Assembly (NCBI GenBank): GCA_964423425.1
Contig: CAYRES010000004.1
Span: 136,256 to 200,255 of the forward strand
Reading direction: 5' to 3'
Length of the DNA stretch: 64,000 bases
Source: an uncultured Gaiellales bacterium
GTDB taxonomy: Bacteria; Actinomycetota; Thermoleophilia; RBG-16-64-13
The notes under the pieces were generated by a model, which saw only the letters and a list, made by a program, of their open reading frames with translations, had not been told where the DNA came from and made no database searches. Shown here piece after piece: positions 29,362 through 38,087 of this stretch. The translations under genes and the position numbers were made by a program. How positions within the stretch are numbered: position 1 is the first letter of the stretch; each line of letters starts with the position of its first letter.

Positions 29362-30717
29362 GTGGCCCTGAGTGGGCTACAGATCTTCAAGCTGCTTCCA
29401 AAGACGAACTGCAAAGACTGCGGGTATCCCACCTGCATGGCTTTTGCCATGCAACTCGCCGCCGGCAAGGTCCGCGTGGAGGCGTGCCCTCATCTCCCCC
29501 AGGAAGCGGGAGCACAGCTCTCCGACGCTGTCTCTGCCCCTGTGTCCCGGGTCACAGTGGGGTCAGGGGCAAGCGCTCTGGCGATCGGTGAAGAAACGGT
29601 GTTGTACCGGCACGAGAAGCGCTTCGAACACGCTCCCGGGCTGGCGGTTCTTGCCGGCGGCTCCTTGAGCGACGTCGAATTTGCGGAGCGCCTCGAGGCT
29701 TTCTCCGCGCTCACTTTCGAGCGGGTGGGCGAACCGCTTCGCCCGAACATGCTTGCTATCAGCGCCTCCGACGGCGCCGTACTGGAGGCGCGGGTGGCCC
29801 GCGCTGCGTCTTTGGATGCAGCAGTGAAGGCGGCCCTCATCGTGATGCACGACGACCCGGCCGTCCTGCGGCGTGCCTGCGCGCCTGTGGCCGACGGGCG
29901 TCCGCTCCTGTATGCGGCCGATCCCACGAACTGGCGTGATATGGGGGCTCTCGCCCGCGATCTGGGGGCGCCGCTTGCGGTGAAGGCCGCGGGCATAGAA
30001 GAGCTCATCGGGCTGGTGGAGAAGCTCTCCGGAGCCGGGGTGGAGCAGCTCGTGCTCGATTCGTCCCCCGTCGATGTGCGGGCCGCTGTGCGAGACCAGG
30101 TGTTCGCCCGCCGGGCGGCGGTCAAGAGTCGCCTGCGCTCTCTGGGCTACCCCACGATCGCCTTTGCCTGCCGTCTTGCCTCCGACCCGGCATTGGCTGC
30201 GGTCGTCGCCGGGGTTCTCCTCTGTCGCTACGCCGGCATCATCGTGCTCGACACCGTGGATCCGGCGCTCTGGCTTCCCCTGTGCGTGCTGAGTCAGAAC
30301 ATCTACACCGATCCCCAGAGACCCATGCAGGTAGAAGAGGGCGTCTACCCCATCGGGGAGCCGGGCCCGGACAGCCCGGTGCTCGTCACCACCAACTTCT
30401 CGCTCACCTACTTCACCGTCTCCGGCGAGGTGGAGGCCAGCCGGGTGCCGAGTTGGCTGCTGGTGATGAACGCGGAAGGCCAGTCGGTGCTCACGGCGTG
30501 GGCGGCGGGCAAGTTCGTGCCGGAGGCCATCGCCGCCTTCATCCGGCGGAGCGGTATCGAGGAGAAGGTGGGCCATCGTCGGCTCGTCATTCCCGGTTAC
30601 GTGGCCCAGATAAGCGGGGAACTGGCCGAGGAACTATCGGGGTGGGATATCGAGGTCGGGGTGCGGGAAGCAGTGGATATCCCCCGCTACCTTCGTTCAC
30701 TGGTGGGTTCGGGATGA
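29362..30717 (+). CDS. acsC: corrinoid/iron-sulfur protein large subunit (AcsC/CdhE family)
   Basis: N-terminal [4Fe-4S] motif KTNCKDCGYPTCMAFAMQLA...CP, followed by TIM-barrel and Rossmann-like corrinoid-binding regions. 451 aa. Confidence 0.92.
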   Translation: MALSGLQIFKLLPKTNCKDCGYPTCMAFAMQLAAGKVRVEACPHLPQEAGAQLSDAVSAPVSRVTVGSGASALAIGEETVLYRHEKRFEHAPGLAVLAGGSLSDVEFAERLEAFSALTFERVGEPLRPNMLAISASDGAVLEARVARAASLDAAVKAALIVMHDDPAVLRRACAPVADGRPLLYAADPTNWRDMGALARDLGAPLAVKAAGIEELIGLVEKLSGAGVEQLVLDSSPVDVRAAVRDQVFARRAAVKSRLRSLGYPTIAFACRLASDPALAAVVAGVLLCRYAGIIVLDTVDPALWLPLCVLSQNIYTDPQRPMQVEEGVYPIGEPGPDSPVLVTTNFSLTYFTVSGEVEASRVPSWLLVMNAEGQSVLTAWAAGKFVPEAIAAFIRRSGIEEKVGHRRLVIPGYVAQISGELAEELSGWDIEVGVREAVDIPRYLRSLVGSG

Positions 30718-31394
30718 TCATCGCCAGGCAGAAACCCTTTACCGAGGTGCTGGAAGCCCTGGGTGATGCGCGCCGCGTCTACATCGTGGGTTGCGGCGAG
30801 TGTGCCACGCAGACGGCCACCGGGGGCGCGGAGGAGGTCGCCGATCTGGCGAGGCGTTTGGAGGAAGAGGGCAAGTCGGTGGTCGCGGTCGATGTGGCCC
30901 ACAGTGTGTGCCAGGAGCTCGACATCAAGCGTCTGTTTCGGGCGCACGGGGAGGCCGTGGAGGCTGCCGATGTGTTTCTCGTGCTTTCGTGCGGTGCCGG
31001 CTCACAGGCCGTGATCGAAGCCACGGAGAAGAGGGTGGTAGCGGGTACAGATACGCTCTTCTTGGGCAATGTGAGGCGCCACTTCGACTACCAGGAGAAG
31101 TGCTCCCTGTGCGGTGACTGCGTCATCGATCGTTTCGGCGGCGTCTGCCCGGTCGTGCGTTGCAGCAAGGGCCTGCTGAATGGACCCTGCGGAGGCGCCA
31201 ACCACGGGCGGTGTGAGGTGGACGATGCTCGGGAGTGCGCTTGGACGATCATATACCGTCGCTTGGAGGCACAGGGACGTCTCGATGACCTGCGAACCAT
31301 TCACGGCCCCAAGGCGTGGGATGGTGTGCAACGCCCCGGCCGGGCCGACTGGCGGGCGGAGAAGAAGGAGAAGAGGCGACGGAGCGGGGAGTGA
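30714..31394 (+). CDS. metV: methylenetetrahydrofolate reductase C-terminal-domain protein (MetV, Fe-S/zinc-ribbon subunit)
   Basis: 226 aa and Cys-rich (GCGECATQ, CSLCGDCV, CPVVRCSKGLLNGPCGG, CE...CAW). ATGA overlaps with acsC upstream and with metF downstream. Confidence 0.88.
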   Translation: MIIARQKPFTEVLEALGDARRVYIVGCGECATQTATGGAEEVADLARRLEEEGKSVVAVDVAHSVCQELDIKRLFRAHGEAVEAADVFLVLSCGAGSQAVIEATEKRVVAGTDTLFLGNVRRHFDYQEKCSLCGDCVIDRFGGVCPVVRCSKGLLNGPCGGANHGRCEVDDARECAWTIIYRRLEAQGRLDDLRTIHGPKAWDGVQRPGRADWRAEKKEKRRRSGE

Positions 31395-32359
31395 ACACCT
31401 TTCGATGGGCGCTCGAGGCGGGCCGGTTTGTCGTCACCGGCGAGGTCGGCCCCCCCAAGGGCACCGACGTCCGGCAGATGCAGGACACACTCGACCTCCT
31501 CATTCCCGCGGTGGACGCCCTCAATGTCACCGAGAACCAGAGCGCCGTCATGCGCATGGGCTCCCTCGCCGTCTCCCACGAAGTGGTGCTCAGGGGGGGT
31601 GAGCCCATCTGCCAGGTGGCGGGCCGGGATCGCAATCGGCTTGCACTGCAGAACGATCTCCTGAGCGCCCATTTCTTGGGCATACGTAACGTGCTTTGCC
31701 TCACCGGAGACCACCCTCTGCTGGGCGACCACAAGGCGGCCAAGCCCGTCTACGATTTTGATTCGGTGAACCTGGTGCAGTGCGTGAAGAATCTGAATGC
31801 GGGCCGCGATTGGGCGGGCAATGAACTCCAAGGTGCCACCGACTTCTTCGTGGGCGCCGTGGTGGCCCCCGACGCCGATCCTCTTGAGCCCCAGTTCATG
31901 AAGTTCCAGAAGAAGGTCGAGGTGGGCGCCGACTTCTTCCAGACCCAGGCGGTATACGACATGGAGGCATTCGCCCGATTCATGGAGCGGGTGCGTAGCC
32001 TGGTTGATGGCGGGCGGGTGAAGGTTCTGGCCGGTTTGGTGGTCTTGGGCAGCGTGGGTATGGCGCGCTACATGAACGACAGGGTCTCCGGCATCCGGGT
32101 GCCGCCCGCCGTCCTTTCGGAGATGGAGGATGCCGGCAAGGAGGGCGCACGTGCGAAAGGCATGGATATCTGTGCCCGCCAGATCCGTTTCTGTCTGGAC
32201 AACCGTGTGTGTGACGGAGTACACATCATGGCTCCCGGACGGGAGTCTCTCATTCCCGACATCCTTGCCCTGGCAGGCATCGGTGGGCCGAGTCTGGCAC
32301 TCGGGGCTGAGGCCCCCGACGATTGCGAGAGGCGAGACGCAGCGAAAGGATCCCGATGA
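31391..32359 (+). CDS. metF: methylenetetrahydrofolate reductase
   Basis: 322 aa. GEVGPPKG..., NVTENQSA and LCLTGDHP motifs of the acetogen-type MetF. GTG at 31391 overlaps the metV stop. Confidence 0.9.
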   Translation: MNTFRWALEAGRFVVTGEVGPPKGTDVRQMQDTLDLLIPAVDALNVTENQSAVMRMGSLAVSHEVVLRGGEPICQVAGRDRNRLALQNDLLSAHFLGIRNVLCLTGDHPLLGDHKAAKPVYDFDSVNLVQCVKNLNAGRDWAGNELQGATDFFVGAVVAPDADPLEPQFMKFQKKVEVGADFFQTQAVYDMEAFARFMERVRSLVDGGRVKVLAGLVVLGSVGMARYMNDRVSGIRVPPAVLSEMEDAGKEGARAKGMDICARQIRFCLDNRVCDGVHIMAPGRESLIPDILALAGIGGPSLALGAEAPDDCERRDAAKGSR

Positions 32360-33750
32360 GCGACACACCTCGCATTGTCATTCTGGGGAGCGGTCCCGGT
32401 GGCTACGTGGCCGGCATCAGGGCCGGGCAGCGAGGCGCCGAGGTCACAGTTGTCGAGAAGGACCTACTCGGCGGCACCTGCCTCAACTGGGGTTGCATCC
32501 CCACCAAAGCTCTTCTGGCGAGCGCCGAGGCACTGCACAAGGCCCGCTCCGGAGAGGAGTACGGGTTCACCGTGAGCGGTGACATACAACCCGATCTGGG
32601 GCGGATGATGGAGCGCAAGGATGCCGTGGTCACGCAGCTTCGTGACGGCATCGCCAAGTTGTTCCGAGCTCACGGCGTGACGCTGGTCCGGGGCAGGGGC
32701 AGGTTGATCTCACGGGGAGTGGTGGAGGTACAGGGAGAGGAGGGCACCACCACGCTGGAGGCCGACCGGGTGATTCTGGCCACGGGATCGGGGGCGGCGG
32801 AGCCGCCGTTCTTCGACTTCTCCCAGCCGACTGTGCTCACGTCGAAGGAAGTCTTCTCGCTGCGTGAGATCCCCGCCTCCATACTGGTGGTGGGTGCCGG
32901 AGCCATCGGCTGCGAGTTCGCCTCCTTCTTCAGGGAGCTGGGCGTAAAGGTGACGCTGGTCGACATCATGCCGCAGGTGCTCCCACAGGAAGACACCCGG
33001 CTCGCCCGGCAGTTCCAGCAGGTGCTGCGGAAGCGGGGGGTGGAGGTGCTCGTCAAGACCAAGGTCGAGCGGATCATCGACTACGGGCCGGACCGCGTCA
33101 CCGTGGAGTTGACCGAAGGCAAGGAGCTCAGCGCGGCGGCGATCCTGGTTTCGGTGGGCCGCCAACCCAATTCGGCCGGGCTCGGCCTTGAGGAGGCCGG
33201 GGTGAAGACCGACGAGCGTGGTTACGTGCTGGTGAATGAGCGGCTGGAGACGAGCGCCCCCGGTGTGTACGCCATTGGTGATCTCAACGGTGGTCTTCTT
33301 CTTGCCCACGTCGCTTCCTACGAAGGGCTGGTGGCCGTGGAGAACTGCCTGGGCGGAGAGAGGGAGCGCGACCTGCGAGCGGTGCCTCACTGCGCCTACT
33401 CCTTCCCGGAGATCGCGAGCGTGGGCCTCACCGAGGCACAGGCCCGAGAAGAAGGTTTGAAGCCGCTCACCGGTACGTTCCGCTTGGGCGCATTGGGCAA
33501 AGCCCTTGCTCTCGGCGAAGCGGCCGGCTACGTGCAGGTCGTGGCCGATGCCGAGTCTGATCGAGTGTTGGGCGCGAACATGATGGGGCCTCACGTGACT
33601 GATCTCATCCACGAAGCGGCGCTCGCCATACGTATGGGCTTGACCACGAGAGACCTGGGCGATACGGTACACGCGCACCCGACCATCGCGGAGGCGCTCA
33701 TGGAGGCCGCGCATGACGTTCACGGCGAGTCTGTTCACGTCGCCGGTTGA
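32356..33750 (+). CDS. lpdA: dihydrolipoyl dehydrogenase (E3-type pyridine-nucleotide disulfide oxidoreductase)
   Basis: GSGPGGY FAD motif, redox disulfide GGTCLNWGCIPTK, NAD motif VVGAGAIGCE and C-terminal HAHPT(I)AE. The ATG overlaps the metF stop (ATGA). Confidence 0.92.
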   Translation: MSDTPRIVILGSGPGGYVAGIRAGQRGAEVTVVEKDLLGGTCLNWGCIPTKALLASAEALHKARSGEEYGFTVSGDIQPDLGRMMERKDAVVTQLRDGIAKLFRAHGVTLVRGRGRLISRGVVEVQGEEGTTTLEADRVILATGSGAAEPPFFDFSQPTVLTSKEVFSLREIPASILVVGAGAIGCEFASFFRELGVKVTLVDIMPQVLPQEDTRLARQFQQVLRKRGVEVLVKTKVERIIDYGPDRVTVELTEGKELSAAAILVSVGRQPNSAGLGLEEAGVKTDERGYVLVNERLETSAPGVYAIGDLNGGLLLAHVASYEGLVAVENCLGGERERDLRAVPHCAYSFPEIASVGLTEAQAREEGLKPLTGTFRLGALGKALALGEAAGYVQVVADAESDRVLGANMMGPHVTDLIHEAALAIRMGLTTRDLGDTVHAHPTIAEALMEAAHDVHGESVHVAG

Positions 33751-33808
33751 CTGAGCTGCGGCGGCCGCAGGCGCCGGCCGGCACGACAGAGGTACTAGCT
33801 GACAGCGC

Positions 33809-34792
33809 ATGCCCGACTCCGTCTCTCGTTCGACATCGGACCGCCTGCCGGTCCCTCACACGCGCAAGCCGCCCTGGCTGAAGAAGAAGCTGCCTCGCCC
33901 GGGGGCCGTTGGCTCTATGCGCGCCCTTCTGCGCGAGGAGAGGCTGCACACTGTCTGCGAGAGCGCCTTGTGCCCGAACCTGGGGGAGTGCTTCGCCCGC
34001 CACTGCGCCACCTTCATGATCATGGGCGCCGTGTGCACGCGTGACTGCAGGTTCTGTGCCGTTGGGGGAGGTGTCCCTGCAGCGCTCGACCCCGAGGAGC
34101 CGCGTCACGTGGCCGATGCGGCGGCCAGGCTGAATCTCAGCCACATCGTCGTCACCTCAGTGACCAGGGACGACCTCGCCGACGGGGGTGCAGCCCACTT
34201 TGCCGCCACCATCCGGGCCGCGAGAGAGGCGGTACCCGGCTCCAGCGTGGAGGTTCTCATCCCCGACTTCAAGGGAGAGGAGAGCGCACTGCATGTGGTG
34301 CTGGCTGAGCAACCCGACGTGGTCAATCACAACGTGGAGACGGTCCCGAGGCTCTACCGGGAGGTTCGTCCGCAGGCCGACTACGGCCGTTCGCTGGACG
34401 TACTCGCCGCCTGTGCCGCTTCTGGATCGTGCGTGACCAAGACCGGCCTCATGGTGGGGCTCGGGGAGACCCGGACCGAGGTGCGGGAGGTGTTGCGCAA
34501 CGTCGCGGACAGGGGGGTCGATGTGGTCACCATCGGCCAATACCTGCAGCCTTCGTCCGCCCACCTGCCGGTGAGGGAATTCGTGTCCCCCGAGGTGTTC
34601 TCCGGGTACGCGCAGTGGGGGCAGGAGACGCTGGGGCTGATTGTGGAGAGCGGTCCCTTCGTGCGGAGCTCTTTCCGTGCCGGGGAGTCTCTCGCGCGAG
34701 TGAGGAAGAGACATGGTGAACGCCTTTCTGCCGAAGGAAGCGGGCGGAAGGCACGTACTGAGGGCCGTGCCCCCGAGACTCAGGGTTCGTGA
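33809..34792 (+). CDS. lipA: lipoyl synthase
   Basis: N-terminal auxiliary-cluster motif CESALCPNLGEC and radical-SAM motif CTRDCRFCAV. Carries an extra ~30-aa basic C-terminal tail. Confidence 0.93.
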   Translation: MPDSVSRSTSDRLPVPHTRKPPWLKKKLPRPGAVGSMRALLREERLHTVCESALCPNLGECFARHCATFMIMGAVCTRDCRFCAVGGGVPAALDPEEPRHVADAAARLNLSHIVVTSVTRDDLADGGAAHFAATIRAAREAVPGSSVEVLIPDFKGEESALHVVLAEQPDVVNHNVETVPRLYREVRPQADYGRSLDVLAACAASGSCVTKTGLMVGLGETRTEVREVLRNVADRGVDVVTIGQYLQPSSAHLPVREFVSPEVFSGYAQWGQETLGLIVESGPFVRSSFRAGESLARVRKRHGERLSAEGSGRKARTEGRAPETQGS

Positions 34793-34803
34793 GAGGAGCC
34801 GTC

Positions 34804-35631
34804 TTGCTGGCTATCGCTGAGAACATCAACATCACCAGCCGGGCCGTGGCGCAGGCGCTCGACGCGCGGGACGTCGCCTTCATCGCCGGGTTGGCCCGAC
34901 GCTGCGAAGAGGCGGGTGCCGACGCTTTGGAGATCAACGTGGGATCGGCCCGCAAGAATGGGCCCGAGATCATGAGGTTCGCCGTCGATGCGGTGGCCGA
35001 GGCCTCGCGGCTTCAGCTGTGTCTCGACACCACCAACCCCGCCGCCATGGAGGCCGGTATCGTACGGTGTCTCGAGCTCGGTTTGCCCCGGCCCATTGTG
35101 AATTCTTTTTCCGCCCAGCCAGACAAGATCAGCTCGATTCTCCCTTTAGCTTCCACGTATGAGTGTGAAATAATTGGGCTCGTGATGGGGCAGGCCGTTC
35201 CCCTCGATACCGAGGAGAGGCTTGCCACAGCGTACGAGCTCGTGATGGCAGCCAACGAGCTCGGTATCCCAAATGAGAGGATATTCATAGATCCTATTGT
35301 CTTGCCAGTGGGGCTCGATGTGGGCCAGCAGCACGCGGTAGCCGTGCAGGAGGCCATACGTTCGGTGGGCGAGATGTTCGACCCACCGGTGAAGACCACC
35401 TGCGGTCTCTCCAACGTCTCAAACGGTGCCCCGCGGGAAGTGCGGTCGGCCCTGAACAACGTGTTTCTTGCGATGCTGAGTGCTCAAGGCATCAGCTCTG
35501 CGATAGTCGATGTACTCGATCCGGCGCTCATGCGAACGGTGAGGCTTGCGAGAGCCTTCCGCAATGAGAGTCTCTATTCGGTGTCAGACGCAGAACTCGG
35601 TCACCCCCCCAATCCGGAGGTCCGCACATGA
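34804..35631 (+). CDS. acsE: methyltetrahydrofolate:corrinoid/iron-sulfur protein Co-methyltransferase (MeTr)
   Basis: Pterin-binding TIM barrel colinear with Moorella MeTr as I recall it (AENIN, LEINVG, LCLDTTN, IVNS, IDPIVLPVG, GLSNVS). TTG at 34804 is preceded by AGGAG. GTG at 34789, overlapping the lipA stop, is an alternative start. Confidence 0.88.
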   Translation: MLAIAENINITSRAVAQALDARDVAFIAGLARRCEEAGADALEINVGSARKNGPEIMRFAVDAVAEASRLQLCLDTTNPAAMEAGIVRCLELGLPRPIVNSFSAQPDKISSILPLASTYECEIIGLVMGQAVPLDTEERLATAYELVMAANELGIPNERIFIDPIVLPVGLDVGQQHAVAVQEAIRSVGEMFDPPVKTTCGLSNVSNGAPREVRSALNNVFLAMLSAQGISSAIVDVLDPALMRTVRLARAFRNESLYSVSDAELGHPPNPEVRT

Positions 35632-36197
35632 CGAACGGCCAACAGCCGGGTGGCGCCACCGCGGAGGCTTTTGACTACGCCCCCGTTGAGGAGCTGCTTG
35701 ATAAGTACCGCGGTACGAAAGGCGCGCTTATTCCGCTCTTGCAGGGAACGCAGGCCGCTTACGGATTCCTGCCGAAAGAAGCCATGGTGAAGATCTCCGA
35801 GGATATCGGCGAGCCTCTGGCCAGTGTTTATGGAGTGGCGACGTTCTATGCTCAATTCCGCCTCATACCGCGGGCGAAGAACGTGGTGCGTGTGTGCCAC
35901 GGCACCGCCTGTCACGTGTCGGGTGCTCCGCTGGTGAGCCTCGAGGTGGAGCGGCATCTGGGTATCGGTGACGGAGAGAACACTGAAGACATGATGTTCA
36001 CGCTCGAGGCTGTTGCCTGCTTGGGCGCGTGCGGCATGGCGCCCGTCATGATGATCAATGACCGCACCTACGGCAAGCTCTCCCCCGACAAGGCGGTGAA
36101 GGCCATCGTGGACTTCCGGAAGGCCGAGAGTAACGGCGGTGGCGAGGCTGAAGCCGCGGTACCCGCGGCCGAGGCCGAGGGTGGGGAGGAGGCTTAG
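35628..36197 (+). CDS. NuoE/HydC-like [2Fe-2S] thioredoxin-fold subunit
   Basis: Motifs VCHGTACHVSG and ACLGACGMAP (C-x4-C...C-x3-C). 189 aa. Overlaps the acsE stop. Confidence 0.9.
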   Translation: MTNGQQPGGATAEAFDYAPVEELLDKYRGTKGALIPLLQGTQAAYGFLPKEAMVKISEDIGEPLASVYGVATFYAQFRLIPRAKNVVRVCHGTACHVSGAPLVSLEVERHLGIGDGENTEDMMFTLEAVACLGACGMAPVMMINDRTYGKLSPDKAVKAIVDFRKAESNGGGEAEAAVPAAEAEGGEEA

Positions 36198-38087
36198 ATG
36201 GCGAACACGACTGCTCTCAAAAAGCCTGAGCCCCGGCATCCCCGGTTGGGTGTGCCGAAAGTCGAGATAGGCATCTGCATGGGTACGGGTGGTATTGCCG
36301 CCGGGGCGGAAGACGTACTCACCGCCTTCGAGGAGGGTCTGGCCAAGACCGAGGTGTACGGCATCATCAAGCCCAGGGAGTGCGCCTGCGATGAGGGCAC
36401 CGGGTCGAGCATCACCGCCACCGGTTGCCGGGGCATGTGTGCCATGGACGTGCTGGTCGACGTCACCACACACACCAACGGGCAGGCTCGGACGGTCACC
36501 TACGGCACGGTGACACCCGCGATGGTGGAGAAGATCATCGAGGAGCACATCGTCGGTGGAGAGCCGGTCCACAAGTGGATCGTGCTATCGGCCGAAGAAC
36601 CCACATCTCACAACGAGTTCTATGAGCATCAGGAGCGCTTGGTTCTGCGCCACTGTGGGCACGTGGATCCCGAGGATATCGACGACTACATTGAGCAAGG
36701 GGGCTACCTGGCGCTCCACAGGGTGCTTTCGGGCATGAGCGCCGACGAGGTGATAGAAGAAGTGCTCGCTTCCGGCCTGCGCGGCCGGGGGGGCGCCGGC
36801 TTCCCCACCGGGCTGAAGTGGCGCTTCGCGCGTAACGCAGAGTCCCCTGATGGCCAGAAGTACTTCATCTGCAACGGTGACGAAGGCGACCCGGGCGCGT
36901 TCATGGACAGGTCGGTTCTCGAGGGCGATCCACATGCCGTGTTCGAAGGCATGGCCATCGGTGGCTACGCGATCGGCGCGAGCGAAGGCTATATCTACGT
37001 GCGCGCCGAGTACCCCCTCGCGATCAAGCGTTTGAAGATTGCGCTCGAGCAGGCGCACGAGCGTGGGGTCATGGGCGACAACATCATGGGCTCCGACTTC
37101 TCCTTCCATATCAAGATCAAGGAAGGGGCAGGAGCCTTCGTCTGCGGCGAGGAGACGGCCCTCATGGGGTCCATTGAGGGGCGTCGGGGCATGCCCAACC
37201 TGCGCCCGCCTTATCCGGCGGAGTCCGGGCTCTGGAAGCGGCCCACCAACATCAACAATGTGGAGAGCCTCGCCTGTATCCCCTGGATCATAAGCAACGG
37301 CGCCGACGCCTTCGCGGCCCGAGGTTACGAGAAGTCAAAGGGTACGAAGGTCTTCGCCCTCACGGGTAAGATCAACCGCTCGGGCCTGGCTGAAGTCCCC
37401 ATGGGTCTCACTCTGCGTGATGTCATTTACAATATCGGCGGGGGCATCAAGAAGGGTAAGGCGTTCAAGGCCGTGCAGATGGGCGGCCCGTCGGGTGGTT
37501 GTTTGCCGGAGAGAATGCTCGACACTCACGTTGACTACGAGGAACTCGACGCCACAGGTGTCATCGTCGGCTCGGGCGGCATGGTTGTCATGGACGAGGA
37601 CAACTGTATCGTCGACACGGCACGGTACTTCTTGGAGTTCACCCAGGCAGAGAGTTGTGGCAAGTGTGTCCCCTGCCGGGTGGGCACCAAGCGTATGTTG
37701 GAGCTGCTCGGGCGCATCTGCGAAGGCAAGGGCCAGGTCGGCGACATTGAGCTCCTCCTGGAGTTGTCAGAGAACATCAAAGATGGCTCTCTGTGTGCCC
37801 TGGGCGGCACCGCACCCAACCCGGTGCTGACCGCGATCAAGTACTTCCGGGAGGAGTTCGAGGAGCACATCTACGAGCACAAGTGTCGCGCCGGCGCCTG
37901 TGCCGCTCTCGTCACCTACTACATCGACGCCGAAGCCTGTACGGGCTGTCGAGCCTGCTCGCGCGCCTGTCCGGTACAGGCCATCACCGGAGAGAAGAAG
38001 CAGACGCATTCCATCGACTCGGAGGTCTGCATTCGGTGCGGTGCCTGCTATGAGAAGTGTAGGTTCAACGCTGTGAGGAGGAAGTGA
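36198..38087 (+). CDS. NuoF/HydB-like NAD(P)H-binding FMN/Fe-S flavoprotein subunit with a C-terminal 2x[4Fe-4S] ferredoxin domain
   Basis: GRGGAGFPTGLKW, CNGDEGDPGAF and ESCGKCVPCR (N3 cluster) motifs. The C-terminus has CTGCRACSRACP and CIRCGACYEKC. The N-terminal thioredoxin-like domain is degenerate (see findings). Confidence 0.9.
   Translation: MANTTALKKPEPRHPRLGVPKVEIGICMGTGGIAAGAEDVLTAFEEGLAKTEVYGIIKPRECACDEGTGSSITATGCRGMCAMDVLVDVTTHTNGQARTVTYGTVTPAMVEKIIEEHIVGGEPVHKWIVLSAEEPTSHNEFYEHQERLVLRHCGHVDPEDIDDYIEQGGYLALHRVLSGMSADEVIEEVLASGLRGRGGAGFPTGLKWRFARNAESPDGQKYFICNGDEGDPGAFMDRSVLEGDPHAVFEGMAIGGYAIGASEGYIYVRAEYPLAIKRLKIALEQAHERGVMGDNIMGSDFSFHIKIKEGAGAFVCGEETALMGSIEGRRGMPNLRPPYPAESGLWKRPTNINNVESLACIPWIISNGADAFAARGYEKSKGTKVFALTGKINRSGLAEVPMGLTLRDVIYNIGGGIKKGKAFKAVQMGGPSGGCLPERMLDTHVDYEELDATGVIVGSGGMVVMDEDNCIVDTARYFLEFTQAESCGKCVPCRVGTKRMLELLGRICEGKGQVGDIELLLELSENIKDGSLCALGGTAPNPVLTAIKYFREEFEEHIYEHKCRAGACAALVTYYIDAEACTGCRACSRACPVQAITGEKKQTHSIDSEVCIRCGACYEKCRFNAVRRK

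Noticed and set aside
35100-35300. Locally AT-richer patch inside acsE (roughly 50% GC by eye against a mid-60s background), as a sign of recent horizontal transfer.
   Set aside because: It is too short, lies within a conserved catalytic core and was not computed. Compositional inference needs window statistics over the whole genome.
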